DNA of 64,000 nt from Moniliella sp. 'wahieum' (lineage: Eukaryota): positions 62,001 through 126,000 of the forward strand of contig RSEE01000097.1 of NCBI GenBank assembly GCA_003971905.1, written 5' to 3'. This document shows, in pieces, positions 1 through 14,015 of this stretch. Both the position numbers and the translations under genes were made by a program. Position 1 is the stretch's first letter. The number at the start of each line of letters is the position of its first letter. The notes beneath the pieces were generated by a model that searched no databases, was not told the origin of the DNA, and was given only the letters and a program-made list of their open reading frames with translations.

Positions 1-834
1 CTTCGGGGCGCGGTTGATTATTTGGACCTAGGTGGGTGCGGGCTGAACGATGACCTGCTGGAGCTGTTGCCGGCCCAAGCGCACTTACTTGACCTTGGTC
101 TGAGCTACAACCGCACCTGTCTCTCACCTCGATTGCCAATTGGGTCCTGAGCCGAGCGAGGGGGGTGGAAGTTCTGACTTGGCCTACTCGTGTGACCAGG
201 CGGCGCAGGGGCTGGTGACTGCGAACAAACTGTACACCATGCTCCTCGGTCCGCTCGGGGAGGCCAAGCCGCTCAGTTTGGCAGACCAACTAGCCTACCT
301 GGACCGTCCGGACCTAGTGCCCCCGCAAGAAGCAGCAAGTAACCTCCTCGTCGTGGAGCTTTCGCCTGCTGTGCTCCACACGGTAGGTGCGGCATCAGTT
401 CTTGGCGTGCGGTCCGTGGGGCCGGCCGACGCGGATGGGTGGTGGACACACGGGCGAAACGCGTGGAACAAACTAGGAAGAACGGCGAGACGGACGAGAC
501 GGACGCATCCATGAGGGCCCGAGCTATTCCTGAGTCCAACTCACCGTGTGCAACGACGATCCTTCCCAGGACGAATGGGACTTGGTTCTCACCCGTCCCC
601 CCTCACCTATCCCTTCCGCTGTGCCCGTTCATCTGTGACCCCGGAGCAGGAACCGGGGGTGCGTGTACTTCGTTCGGAACCTAGTGCTACACACCACCTT
701 CAAGCGCTGGCGGACAATGACTTTAACCCTGCCTCGGTTGGATGGCACTCTCAAAGATGGCCATCGTTCAGGGCGCGGCGTTTCTTGGGAGAGAAGAGGG
801 CGCGTATGCCCATGTTGCCTTTGCCCGCTCCTAA
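1..834 (+). CDS. 3' part of a conserved fungal leucine-rich-repeat (F-box/LRR, YLR352W-like) protein; runs off the window start; frameshifted
   Basis: Frame 1 from base 1 reads LRGAVDYLDLGGCGLNDDLLELLPAQAHLLDLGLSYNR (LxxLxLxxC/N LRR pattern). It continues through the 140..514 ORF. The C-terminus stitches to LQALADNDFNPASVGWHSQKMAIVQGAAFLGREEGAYAHVAFARS* (TAA 832-834), resembling from memory the VGWH..KM...LGRE.G.Y tail of a basidiomycete LRR family. Confidence 0.6.
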
Positions 835-3800
835 CCGCCCTGGCCTCGTCCAACAAAAGGCGGTTGCAAAGTGCTCAAAGATATTATATTTGAGTGGGTG
901 GCAGGCAGTGTTGTGTACCACACATGTATTACGTTGATGGCACCCAAATCCCTGTATTCATTTCCTCTCGTGAACGCGTAAGCCGACATCAGTTCCATTC
1001 AAAGGGGAAACGCCAGGCTGCTTGATGGTCTCCCATCAAGGTCGATTTTGTCCGGCGTTGCTTCTGTTGCTTCGCTCGGGCAGGAAGAACTAAGAAGGAA
1101 TCAGGCAAAATGGGTCTGGTTGCGGATAGCGGTGGCACCCCACATCTTTACACCTCGCTCAAACGACCAACACTGCAGGTTAGCGATCCTTGCCAGATAG
1201 GAATGGCTATTCAGTCCTTTGTGTCATCGTTATCCACTGAGGAACGAATGGATACAGTAGTGAAGAGTTACTTTTGGCGTTAGTGTATTGTCCTTTTCGC
1301 CTCTCTCTCAGGCCGGCTGATGGTGACTCATACCGCGGTCAGTACGCAGTACGCTACTCGGTTATAGTATGTGTGGCGAACGAAGACGCGACGGGGGGTA
1401 CGCCTGGTTCCGGCGCGGCAAATAGGGACCCAAAAACGAAAACCGAATACACCCTCAGTACTCAGTAGGATTGATGCAATGGATGGCATAACTAGTAATG
1501 CCCGCGACAGTCATCAGTAACTAGTACTACACCGTTGTGACATGTGACCCGTGAAACCCGCGCTAACCTGCTAACCGGTTAGAACCCGACCCACTCGGAA
1601 CCAGTATCCACCGATGTGATTCCTGTGATTGATGCGGACGGTGGGCAGCGAACGTTCAGAACGCGAGCGACCCCTGAAAATCCAGAACAGAAGACGGGGT
1701 GCGCCAAAAATGGAGTGGCAAGCTGCTTCAGCTTCAAGCTTCAAAAGCTTCTCGTAGCTTCCACTTGACGCTGACGATGACGACGGTGACTGGTGTGACG
1801 GAAAGTGACATTGACAGGTGACAAAGAGGCAGGTGACCCGGTGACAAGTTTCAATGTGACCGATGACCGGTGACCGGTGACACTTGACGCGCTCGACGCG
1901 TGACGGTCGAACCATTTCAGGTGCGCGCATTACACGATGATCGATGAACTGCGCTACGGAAGAAGACTGTGGATATGCCCCCCGTCCCCCCGTCTTCCTT
2001 CCCTTGGTGATATACACTTCGTGTATACGTTCGTCGATTAGCGTTCACGATCACGTACATTCAACACCACGTTCAACGGTCAACATGGTCAACAGTCAAC
2101 GTCAACGTTCAACCGTATCCACCGGCCACCACCGACACATCAATTGCTGACGGATGTAATCGATATACTCTTAGATCTTCACCTGTTATGACGCATATAT
2201 GTGTGTACTGATCGACTCTCTGTCTCAAAAATGCATCGTGTAGTTTCCCATCGGTCACTAAGATCTTCAACGTTCACTCAGGCGAGATGATAGCAAAAAA
2301 ATTCGCGGTGGTGAAGAGGTTGCGATATGTCTTCTCTATATAGCTCACAGTAAAGAGAAGAAGAGGACGAAGAGTGCGTTGCATACGAGGATAGACGCCG
2401 TAAAGAAGGATATCAAAAAGACAATAAGGACCTCAAGAGAAAAACGACCGAACGAGAGAGAGAAATGACGGACACAAGTGATGCACACACAAAAACAGAG
2501 CAAAAGAACCAAACCAAGCTGGATACGCTTCGGCACTGCGAGAGAGTGCGAAGGATCGAATCCTGAGCTACCGTGATGAAAGCTGAGACCTGAGAGATAT
2601 TATGACGATGATGTGAGAGGGAAAGACGGTTTTTGACGGATGAGAGGATATATCGTTTGACAGTCCCTTCCATGGCTATCGACGCTCAACTCTTGAAGAA
2701 TAACGGGAGAGGTACAGCGCGTCTACCCACCTTAACGCTTAAAACGGTCTTATGCCTTACGCGTTTTACTCTTTAAACCTTATACCGTTATGGTACAGAC
2801 TGGCGTGCAAGATCCCAAACGTGCTACCGGAGGGATGTACCGCGCGCATTACCCTTCAACATATATCCATGGATATACGGACGCGCGAACGAAGCTGTGT
2901 CCAATGCGAGCCATTGGGGCAACTAGTTTTACTTTGGGTACTGATGCGCGGATCGTGGGTACCCGGGTAAAAAGGTTTTGATCGTCGACTCGATCGGCGC
3001 TAGGTCTTAGATCCCTTAGGAGACTTATACGCATGCCGAGAGACCCCGGTGTTTTCTTCGGGGCCTACCCTGTTGTTGGGGTTTGTTTGCCTTGCAGCTA
3101 GGCGATGGTGACAGTAGGTGACCAACACAGGAGAGCAAGTAATTGAAAGGTAATGCTTGTGAGGCCTGAGGCCAATGATTATTGAGACCTGTGAGGTGTG
3201 TGAGGAGGCCTGTGGCCTGAAGCCTGAGGGGCCTGAAGCCCTGACACGCGGAGTCGACGGGCACACAAAACAAATAGAGGGTTAGGATAGTTTTGTTTGT
3301 TAAAAGGTGCCAGTGCCATCGTCTTCATGCTTGTGTGTGTGTGCATTTTATGCCAGCGATGTCAGCAATGTGAGCGCCGTGAGCGAGGATGAGGCCTGAG
3401 GGTGCGGCCCTGACGCGCGTGACGGAGATGTGTCAGACCTGTGAGTACTCAATCGAGTACTGTGAGTGCCTCGGGCTGAGTACTGAGTAGGGGAGAGGGT
3501 GAGGGGAGGGATATTTAAGCGCAACGTCCAAGACCGACGTATTAAGGGATACAAACACTGTTTGGTGTTGCACGTATCGTAGGTGGATCAACTGCATCAG
3601 CATCAATGGGCATCAATCTTGTATCAACAACAGCTGTGTGGGACCTGAAAACGTGGAAGGATTGAAGACGGTATATAGATCCCAAAACGTTGAACGTTGA
3701 ACTGAGCCTCTGATGAGCCTCTTCCGCGCCGAGCGCTCAGCTGAGCTGTGACATGTGAGCTGTGAGCGCTGAGCCCGTGAAGGGGGAGAGTATATCTTTG

Positions 3801-5436
3801 GGTACCAAGTACAGAGAGGACCGAGTGTATGCCGAAGAGGAGTCTCCTGGAATAGAGGGAGTTCATAGTTGTTTGTGCGTTTGTTGAAGACGGCACACAT
3901 ACAGTGTTTTTGCCATGAGAGATATATAGTGCCTAACAGTGATATGCTGACAGTAGAGCGCTGAGCCATCCAGTGGCGAAGAAGTGTTTCGGGGTTTCTG
4001 GTTGAGGGTGTTGCGGGGAGGTTATTATGTAGAGAGTGCTAATAAGCGCTAGTAGTCGCTCGGGTCCATAGTACCGACCTGCGCGTTTTGGGGCTTTATA
4101 GTTGGGAGCCCGAACCCTGTTGCTGTGCTGCATCCTGCCCGCAGGTCACGCGCGTCACGGTGAAGCACCAGTCAGGCGTCGGTGACGCGTGACGGGTGAC
4201 GGCCGCGTGTGACGGACGTGACGCTGGTCCGTGGCCTACAACAGCACAAAAGAAACCCTGCTCTTTATTGTGTTTTCTTTTGTGTTTTTCTTTGGACAAA
4301 AAAAAACACACAAAAAGAACCATCTTCACCCCTTTGTCCTGTAGCTCCAGCTCGTGGCGTGTGAAATCATACTCATTCCTTGAAGCTTGAAGCTTGACGA
4401 CGTAACGACTCACAACAAAGCCTATAAGGCCTGAGGCTCTAAGGATGCTTTGTAGATGGGCGGCGTACCATCCGTGGACGCGAAACCACAAGACAGAGCA
4501 GCAGTACTATATAGGGAAGAGGAAGCGGGAGGGGAGCACGGTGAGTGAGGAGCCCGTCGCGGCTGTCTGTCGTCCGTGCTTAGCGTTTACCATTAATAGG
4601 GCAATGATGCATGGCTCGTACAATTGCACGTATACCTCGGTACAAGCATCTTGTCTACAGGTGTGTGTGGCAATACATGACGCATAGCCGACGGTTGGGA
4701 TGACTTATAAGATGTGCTAGGCTTGCCCGGGGGCGCTGCATTCTATGCGCGCAACGTTCTTTTTTTGCGATTGGCCGCCACCCAACGTCCCACCACAGGT
4801 TCTTCTACTGTCTACCGGTCACTTTTTCCCACCCTGGGTTGCTGTTGTATAGTCCTGTGCCTGCGGCCGATGGGTGGAACAGCGGCCGCTGTGGCCAATC
4901 ATAATCGACATAATCACCAGAAGCATTCGTCCGAGCAATAGTAATCAGGACCCCCATTACACAGTAATCATCAGGCACCGGTCGGCGGCGCACGCGTGAG
5001 AGAGCACCATCCTGAGCACTTTGAACATTGCATGGGGAGGGCAGACCCAGCAGAGAGAATGGGCGGCAGCTACGCATGGAATGCGGCCGGCTCGCATCGC
5101 ACCCGGCCGCTGTTGTGCTGCTGTTGAAGCGCTGACGCTTCTTCTAGTCACTAGTCGTCTATATCCGGACTCAGAAGCTCTGGCCGAAGAGTGCGGCCGG
5201 CCGGGGGCAGGCTGCTCCCGTCTGTTCCAGTGCTGTTCCAGCGCTGCGCCAAGGCTGCTCCAGTGCTGCCCCCCCCCGTCTCCCATCTCAGATCTTGCTC
5301 AGACTGCTCGTGCCAGATCTCAGAGGCTCCCGATCACATGTCACAGCAGACTCGCCCCCCCTCCCACATTCCAATCCTCCTGCGCCTGCCTGCCCACGCC
5401 CTGCCCCCACCCCCCCCCCCCCACCCCACCACCACC

Positions 5437-8400
5437 ATGTCCACCCCTCCCCCCTCCCCTGGCCCCTCCCCTGGCCCCTCCCCTGCCCCTCCCTGGCCCC
5501 TCCCCTGGCCCCTCTCCTGGCCCCGGGGACGGCATGCCCGACCTGGTCTATGCCCGTACGACTACCACCCCACCCCCGGCCAGACCAACTGCCTGCCCCT
5601 CGTCGCCGGCGCCCAAATCATCGTGTACAACCGCCACCCCAGCGGCTGGTGGGACGGCGACATGGACGGGCTCCGCGGTGGTTCCCTAGCAACCATGTAG
5701 CCTCCTTTGACCAGATGCTGCCCCGTCTCCCGCTCCCATCATCCGTGCCGGATCCCGACCCACCCCGCCCACCCATCCTCGCGTCCCGAGCCACATCATC
5801 ACCACTGCTGCCATGCGCCTCACAGCCCACGTCCGGGCACACAGGCGGTCTCTCTACCTTGCCGATGCTCGTGTGTTGCGTGTGAGCGTGCGTTCTGCTC
5901 TGGCCAGCATCCACTGTTTGCATAGCGACAATGTCGACCTACTCACTCCTACCGTGGTTAGCCGGCGTAAAACACTGTTAGCTAGCGTACATCGCCTGCT
6001 CGATCTCGCTAACCAACTCGCCGACACACCCGATCCATTATTCCAGTCGCCCAATTTGGAGACCGAGTTGATCAACTGTGCCTATCGATCGCTCATCTCG
6101 GCCATGGAGACGTGCTGGACGCAATGCCGGACGAGGCAGATCAGGAGATGCAGACTACCGCTGCCGCCATCGCTTCCACATCGGATCTGCAAACTCAGAT
6201 CCGGACCCAAACTCAGAATCAACCCCAAACGCTCACGTCCCTTCGACCAATGGTCCACACTGTCCTTGAGATCGCCCGAATGCGTTTCAAGCGAAGAAAA
6301 AGGATCGATAGACGTGCACGTACAAGGGATCAAGGAAGCGCAACTGAGCTTGGCGGTTGCCTGTCCTCTCTTCCACCAGCTGTCCTATCTCACGTACGCG
6401 CCAGCGCACGCGCCCGCTCCCAACCTGCCTTGGACGTGTCCGTATCGGAACCGCAGGGGGCATCGTCCTCGTCGGAACAGCTGGTGGATGCGACGCTGGT
6501 CGTGTACGATGGGATCCACCTACTTATCTATGGTTTGGACCGACTGTGTTGGGACCAGCAAACAGTCGGGTCACGGAAGCGCCCATGGGCGCGCCCTCGC
6601 GTCCCTCCGTCTATCTCGGTCCGAGTTTGTCCAGGCATCGTCCAAGTTATTGGGTGCGGTGCGCCAAATGACGGTAATGGATGCCGGAGGCGAGGCCGAG
6701 GACCCCACCAAAGTATCGCCTTGTTGGCTGCGCCAGCCATTTCGGCCGCTTCGACTTGGGCGGGTCGGGGAGGAAGTGGTGACCCAAGTGACGGATTGAT
6801 GGAGCTAATCCAAGAAGACAAGCCAAGCTTGTCTTGCTCCCCTCCCTCCCGACAGACCATCTGCACGAACCATCCGCCCCGACCTCGACCCAGGATCGCT
6901 CTCGGACGACGGGGGCTTCACACCGGCGTAAACGAGACCGTGGCCAGGCACGGTTATCGCTCGTGTCGACGACCCGGACGAAAAGTTTAACCTTACACCC
7001 TTGCATGAACAACTTTCCCACGAGCAACCGAGACCCACCTCCACACTCCCACGCCCTCACCACGTTCGACAGCACCCCCGTCAGTACAAGTGCACCACCA
7101 CCACTACCACTCCACTGCCACTACCGCCACTACTAGCCACTACCCCACTACGCCGCCACGTCTTCTTCTTCATCCCTTGAACCCATGATGTTGCTCCGCA
7201 ACAAACTCACCCTCCGTCCGGCCCGGTCGAGCTCAACGTCTTCGACGGTCCCCGCGGGCCGGGCGTGGAGAGTCTGCTACACACGTGTGCGACGACGATC
7301 TGGGTTCTCACCGGAACTGCCCAAGTCGCTCGCACGTGACCGGGCCGCTTCAAGTGAACTCGACCGTCCTCCCCCGAGCGCGCCCGAGCCGCATCAGGAA
7401 TTCGGCCGCCCTACCGATCGTCCCGGGCCGCGTCAAGGGAACTCGCCCGCCCCTCCTACGAGTGCCCCCTTCAGCACATGTCGATAGGGGGGTACTGTAT
7501 AATCCGGAAGGGTTCCTTCTTGGAGGTACCTTGGACGGCTGTTGGGATCCCTAGTTGCTCCCCATCGCCCTATGGACACTCAGTTGGCCCAACGATTTTG
7601 TTTGACCCTGCCCATCTTTTGTCATGCGACTGAGGTGGCGCAACGTCTTTTGGTACGTTGGACCCACGAGCCCCAAGAGCTAGCCCGGACCATATCCTCT
7701 CGTTTGTCCGGCTCTAGATGTCAGATGCGTTCTGGCGGCCGGACCTGGACGAACCAAAGTTGTTGCCCACCCTAACTCAGCTTGCTACGTTGGCGGGGCG
7801 GCGGATTTGTGGCGCTCATCACGCGTAGGGCAACGGGCAGCAAACGGCTCAGATGCGGATCGTGCTAGGGACTGACGCCCCGCCCCCGAGTTGGTCCGGT
7901 GCATTGACCCGCGCCCTCGAGTCAGTCGACTGAGGCACTCTATACGTCCGGCTGGTCGACCTCGGGAGCGCCCAATACCAATGTCAGTCGTTCGCTCTTG
8001 CTCGGTTGCGAGAAGGGACAGCGAATGTGATGGATGTGGATACGGGCGAGCTGGCACGGCAGTTGACCGTGCTGGTAAGCCGTGTGTATGCGTCAATCAC
8101 GCCCGAGCAGTTTTGGGCCAAGTATGCGCCGCTTAAGACCTCGATTTCGCGCTTCACCATGTGGGGGGCGAGGATGAACTGGCGCCCATCAAACACCTCT
8201 CGGACCTGAGCAACCAGATTGCCCAGTGGGTCCAAACCACCATCTTGGCCTACGACACGGCCAAGGAACGCAAAGACGCCCTGCTGTACTTTCTCAAACT
8301 TTCCCCGTACGTCTCTTTCCCCTCCTCTCCCCTTTGTCATTGTCTTCACTGTGTGTCTCAAACACAAGACATATCACCAACGAGACCCAAGAGAAAACGT

Positions 8401-9189
8401 GTAACCTCGAATGATACAGAAATGCCTGCTGCTACAAACCTGCACGTCTTCTTTTCCCTCCAAAGCGGTCTGGGCGCGGTGGCAGTACGTCGTCTGCACA
8501 AGACATGGAAATTGTTGCCGTCAAGTACAAGGAGCGGGCCAAGGCATACGAGGCAATGACTCTGCCGGGCCGCAACTTTACCGAGTACCGAAACCTCTTC
8601 CAAGATGCGCTCCGAACCCGGACGCCCTTTTTGCCCTTTGTCGCCATTGCAGCAGGAGACATTGTATTTACCTGCCAAGGCAATGGCCTACGCGGCGCGT
8701 GTCTGGATCGTCGTGGGGTCGGGCGAGATGATCAATTGGGTCCGGTACGATCGTCTGGCACGTGGTGGAGGATTTGGTACGGGTGCAAAGGCAGTTGTAT
8801 GCGTTGCAAGCTGTGCCAGATGCAAAGTTGGCTTACCACGTGCCTGGAAGCGAGCTCAGAAGGGATTGAAGACCTGTACCAACGTTCGGTCTTGTTGGAA
8901 CCTCGGGGGACCCCACACCGCTCGTCATGGCCTCCGACACCCCGTCGCCTACTTCGACGCTACCGAGTACTCCGGGTGTGCCCACCCCGCGCACCTCGAC
9001 TCGACCACCTCCACATTCACTACACTTCCACCTCCACAGAGGCTCGACCCGACCTCATCCCCTATCCCCCCGGGCGGACCCCACATGCCTTCTTCCCCGC
9101 CCCAGCATTTCCGCCTCGGTCGCATCTCGCTGAACCCCATTCAGCGCTGTCCTCATCATCTCCTCCAACTCTCTCATCTGCGCCTATAA
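5437..9189 (+). CDS. CDC25: SH3-domain Ras guanine-nucleotide exchange factor (Cdc25/Sdc25/Sql2-like); frameshifted, at least one intron (~8307-8419)
   Basis: Stitched N-terminal SH3: ARYDY..CLPLVAGAQIIVYNRHPSGWWDG..RGWFPSNHV. REM-like segment GGTLDG..LV..DTQLAQRFCLTLPIF. RasGEF motifs DVDTGELARQLT, SNQIAQWVQTTIL, VRRLHKTW, NFTEYR, PFLPFV, INW, LYQRSVLLEPR. End coordinate approximate. Confidence 0.85.
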
Positions 9190-9750
9190 TCCCCGTACCC
9201 CCCCCCTTCGTCGCTCTCTTATCTCTTACACCGCAGATCAACCTCATCTGCTTCGCTCACACCTGTGTCTGTTGCGCGCGTGCGCTGTGCGCTTACGACC
9301 TGTTTATACACTGTTCCTTGCTACCACGGATTCACGATCTCTACTCTCGCGTCATCTAGTTCCCCTAATTTCACCTTCTTTTGCCGCGCTTCCGCGTCCC
9401 ACGTTCTCCGTTCTCTTGTTTTACGTTCTACGGTCTACGGTTTACTGTCACGCTCTCCGACTCTCCCGTGCGTACGTTTTACGTGTTTTACGTGATGTTT
9501 TACGTGTTACGTGTTTTACGTCCATGACGCCCCCATTGAGCTTCCTCCCCCCACCCCGCGAGGCTCCTATCCTATACAAGATGTATCAACTCCCCTCCTT
9601 TCCCCGCCTGAGTCTGGCACTTGTGTGCACATCCCTGCCCTTCAACGTCCCTACGAACCCCATTCCATGTGCTCTCCCTCGTTTTCATTCGTCCGCTATT
9701 GGAAGGTAGTAGTAGTTAGATATGTGCCGCAGCTGTTGAATAACGCATGA

Positions 9751-10005
9751 ACGCATCTCACCAGCCTTGGCACGCACCCCCCAAACGAACGCTTGCAGCG
9801 CACCAGCATGCCTCCCCTCGCATTCCTGCCCCTCCATCTACCTTCCACCGCACTTCCAGCGCCCTCTACGCGCATTCGTCCATCTCCACGTTGTCTCCTC
9901 TTCCCTCCCATCCCCTCCCCCCCCATCCATCCATCCATCCTCCTCCATCCATCCATCCCATCCTCCATCCATCCATCCCCTCGCCAGATACGTCATAGTC
10001 CCGTC
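9751..10005 (+). repeat. Dispersed repeat copy A with (CCAT)n core
   Basis: CACCAGCCTTGGCAC..CCCCCCAAACGAACGC.TGCAGCGCACCAGCATGCCTC ... (CCAT)n CCC.CTCGCCAGAT.CGTCATAG.CCCGTC matches the reverse complement of 26946-27084. Confidence 0.8.
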
Positions 10006-10175
10006 ATCTCGCACATCTCTCCTCCTCCTGTCTGGCGTAGATCCATGATCCATCATCGGTTACGCGGTACCACCGCCACAAACATTGACACCAGTGCATT
10101 GCAGCCCCCAACACACGCGCACATCGAGTTCCCATATCTGCTTGTGCATGTTTCTTCCGCTGGGGCGCGGTGAGC

Positions 10176-11928
10176 TCATTCCATCGGACGCGCAAGCTCC
10201 AGGCGGAGAGAAGGGCCAAGGCACAGGCAGCATCCCAAGTCTCCTGCCACGTTGTAAACTGCGCCAGCGGCGCAATGCGAATAATGTCAGGCGCGCGCGT
10301 ATCCCCAACCAGGCCAAACGTATGTTCCGCAGTGTGCAGCGTGCGAGCTGCCAAGCTACGTGGGTCGATAGGCGGGGGGCGGAGCGTCAATGGCAGTGTG
10401 CGAGGGCGCACGTTGGGCTTGCGCCGCACAGTTGACGAGGACGGCTCGGGGATCCGGATGCACAGTTGCGATCCGCTCTTGGGGTTGCTCGGCGTCACAA
10501 GGTGAGCCCCCGCTCCGGGGGCAAGACGGCAGGCGAGGCAGGGTCGCTCAGCAACCATTCCAAGTACGCCGTCAGACGTAAACTACGAGCTTCGCAGCAC
10601 GGGCATGATCTTCCCTGCCCCAGGAGAGGAGAGACCGAACCCGAACCCGAACCCGAACCCGGAACGTCCTCCGCTCGGCCTTGATGAGCGCGGGGGCGGT
10701 AGCAACCGCCTCCAGTGCGCCCTCGAGCGCAGCACAGTCAATCACGACGGGTTGGAACCACCCACCCGGCTGCCCCTACCTCGGGCACATACCCGTCCGG
10801 CATGGCAAAGCGGGAAGAGAGGTTATGACCAAACCAGCCAGCAGGCGGGGCAACTGGGTTGGGTCAGCGGCCAAGGCATGCCACCGTTGGTGCACAAACA
10901 GACCTGCGATCGCGCCCGGCCCGCTGAGCCGTACTTGTAGGTACCAGCAGGCAAAGTCCACCCCCCACTCGTGCAAGCGCATCGGCACATTTAGGAACCC
11001 ATGCGCACAGTCCCACCCGACAACCATGCCGTGCTGTTTGGCGCGCTGGGTAATCGCGCCCATATCGAAAAATTGCCCGGTACTGTACTGCACCGCGGGC
11101 AGGACAACCAGTGCCGTCTCGCCCTCGGCGCCGCTGGTCCAGGCGGGCCAACACGTCTCCGTGCGCAGCGTGGCCTCCCCTCGCGGGGATGCAGAGCCAC
11201 CAACGACGTTTCGGGTCGCAAACCCGCAAGCACAACACTTTGCAGCGCATACTGGTCTGACGGGAACGCTCGTGCCTCGTACACGATCTTGTGCCGCCGC
11301 TTGCCCGCAGGCACTTGCTTGGCCACCGCGGGCGTGAGCAACGCCTCGACGCCGTGCGGGTGGGTGAGCGGACGGTAAAAGTGATGAGCAGGTTGAGCAG
11401 GTTCTGTCAAGCTGCCCATCACAGCCACCTCGTCCCGCTTGGCACCCACCAAGTCAGCCACCACAGTGCGCGGCGGATCGAACATGGTAGCCCAAGGCGC
11501 CTTGTCAGGGTGGTCAAAGTGGCCATTCACCCCACGCTCCGCCCACACGTCCAACTCGCGATCCACACGCGCTTGACCGCGAGCGGGAGTGGACCCAAAC
11601 TGTTCCCGCACAGGTACCGTGCCGTCTGGCTGGCCGAGGCGGGCAGCAGAGTTTGGGCGCGTGCGTGCTGCTCGGTGGACCAGGCTTGGGCCACCCACGG
11701 CTCAGCGCGGTCGGGCAGTGGGCCGGGTACGCGCCAATGGGGCCCATCTGCGGAAGCGCATACGCCTTGCGCAACTGGACCAGCGGGTCGGCCTGGTCCA
11801 GCTGCTCAGCAAAGTCACGCGAGGCCGGATGGGCGCTGGCGGGCGAGGGACTGGATGAAGGCGGCAGGGTCGAACTGGTCGTTGGCGTGGACAGAGCGAT
11901 ACCAGGAGGCAACCAGCGCGTCGGTCAT
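10176..11928 (-). CDS. BNA5: Kynureninase (PLP-dependent, de novo NAD pathway); frameshifted
   Basis: FAEQLDQADPL, ELDVWAERGVNGHFDH, LVGAKRDEVAVMGSLT, KIVYEARAFPSDQYA, VQYSTGQFFDM, GWDCAHG, LHEWGVDFACW, GPGAIAGLFVH, SNP, GSQL, DTRAPDIIRIAP. Stop position approximate. Confidence 0.92.
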
Positions 11929-14015
11929 CGTGCCAATGGACAGTGGGGTGGGCAACGCAAGGGACGATGGAAGCGGCGAGGGACGGGGGGTGTTACAATT
12001 GACGCAGAGGCCAAACCTCCCGTCTGATCTCATGTCAAATCCGTCCCGTCAGCCGATTCGCTGCGAAGGAACCCCGACCAGCTTTCTTTCTCGTGCCGCA
12101 TTCCGGCCGACTTGGGAGCGGCGCCAGTACGCGCCCGTGCCCCGTCTGCCCCGCCATTGTTCACCAACTATTCCCGCGTCCCCCCAGTTGCAATTGCAGA
12201 TCCGCAGCACATAGCGCACAGTGGAAATTTCACTGTTCAAACGGGGCTTGCTTTCGCACTGATCTTTATCCGCGCTCTTCTCTACTCTGCCGTAAAAGGC
12301 CCCGGTCATTGCAACAGGGAGACAAGCGGGAGAATGTGGGGACATTGACGGAAACCACCTTCGTGAAGCGTAGAACGAACAAGTGTAGCCATCATACTCG
12401 TTTTCCGACAGGTGTGTTGAGGCATGTATAGGTAAGGGAGAAAAAATAATGGTGATACAGGTTTGTAGGACTGTGAGGATTGGGTTGTAGTAGCTCTCCC
12501 CGATGTAAACGATAGGCATACTATGCTTCAAAGAACTTCTAATTTGAGGATCGTCACCTGGATGACCAAATTGCTTCCAGTCACCCCCCCTCTTGTCCGC
12601 GTCTCGGGATGTGAATTGCTCTTCGTTTCCTAGAGTATGTGGACCCACCACAACCCTTCCACCCCTTCACCCGCGGCTGCATGTGAATCCGCGATGGGAA
12701 TGTGGGAGTACCAAAGGATCTCCGTCGTGGGGCACTCTTTGGTGTTTCAGCAGATGCCCTCTTTTCTTTCTTTCTACCATTGCATCTTTCTCTTCCATGC
12801 ACGGTCCGGTGTTTTGGCTGGAAAAACTCCACGATGGACACGGTCATGGTATATGGTACCGGAACCGTATTATTATGTGCATACTCTCCTCGAACAACAT
12901 ACACTGGGATCCGCACCCTCCCTTTTGGGCTCTGTTTCTCCGTGCTCGATCACGGCAAATGAGGCTGCTATAATACCCGGAATCATTATTCCCAGCAAGA
13001 ACGATAACGGTTAGCAGTACCATTAAGCGTATATACAGTAGGGGCAGACAACGTATAATAACTGGATCATAGTCAAGGTCGGGGCGTTGAAGAAAGCCCT
13101 GGCCCACCCTCGGGCGCGTCGTCGAACTAGCCGACCGGCCTCGGTCTTGTCATGGCAGACAAAGCGACCCTCAAACCATGCATTACTCCCTTTTTTTCGG
13201 GCGTGGCGATCCTCAAGGATGTATACGTGTACTTACATTCGTCTCGTGTCGTCGTCAAGAGGGGCGGGGGAAACGCATCTACGGTCACATGTCACAGCCG
13301 CTAGCGCAGTAGAGCGTAACGCGCACAAGAATGTCTGTCCATCGAATCGGTGGCACACTTCGAATCTCCCTCCTGCATAAGAACCTGGGGCTATGCTTGC
13401 TCCATGGTTTACGTGGTGAAGATTCGCCGGACAGTAGGAATGGGCCGCGGCCCAAGGTTGAGCAACAGCTAGGTTCCCGGTTCCGCTCCTCGGGCCATCT
13501 GCCTTGGGTCCCCCAACCGCGTCGTCCGTCTGCAAGCATATACGGCACATGCAGACCAGAGCAAAGGGTATCTCGACGTGCGGGTGGTCGGGCACCAAAA
13601 GGAGGGGTAATGACACGTGGGCTTGGTGACCAAAGAAACAAGCCGATAAAGCAAGGTATATAGAGAGCGGCATCTTTCATCGCGAACCAGGCGAATGACG
13701 AATTGGATGGGGAGCGTGGATGGGGGGCGTGGAAGGGAGCGGGGGGGGGTACGCGATGGGTGCCATGAGGTGCTGGGCCTGACTGGTAGAAAAAGAAAAA
13801 GAGCCTCGTCCTGAAGATTGGAGGTAGACTTGGTCGTGCAGTTCCTCCAACGATAAGACAGGAGGGTAACTCGCACGGTTCTCCCTTGTGCTCGCTGCAC
13901 TCGTACCGAGCCCACGATTGGGACTGATTTTCTTCAAATCCAAGGGTAGGCATCCGACTCCCATTGGACCACCTTTTCCACGGCTCTCTTCTACCCTTTG
14001 AACCTTCCGATTGGA

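Noticed and set aside
2345..2673. Hydrophobic minus-strand ORFs that might encode a small membrane protein
   Set aside because: The hydrophobicity follows from the A/G-rich plus strand. No family motif or splice support.
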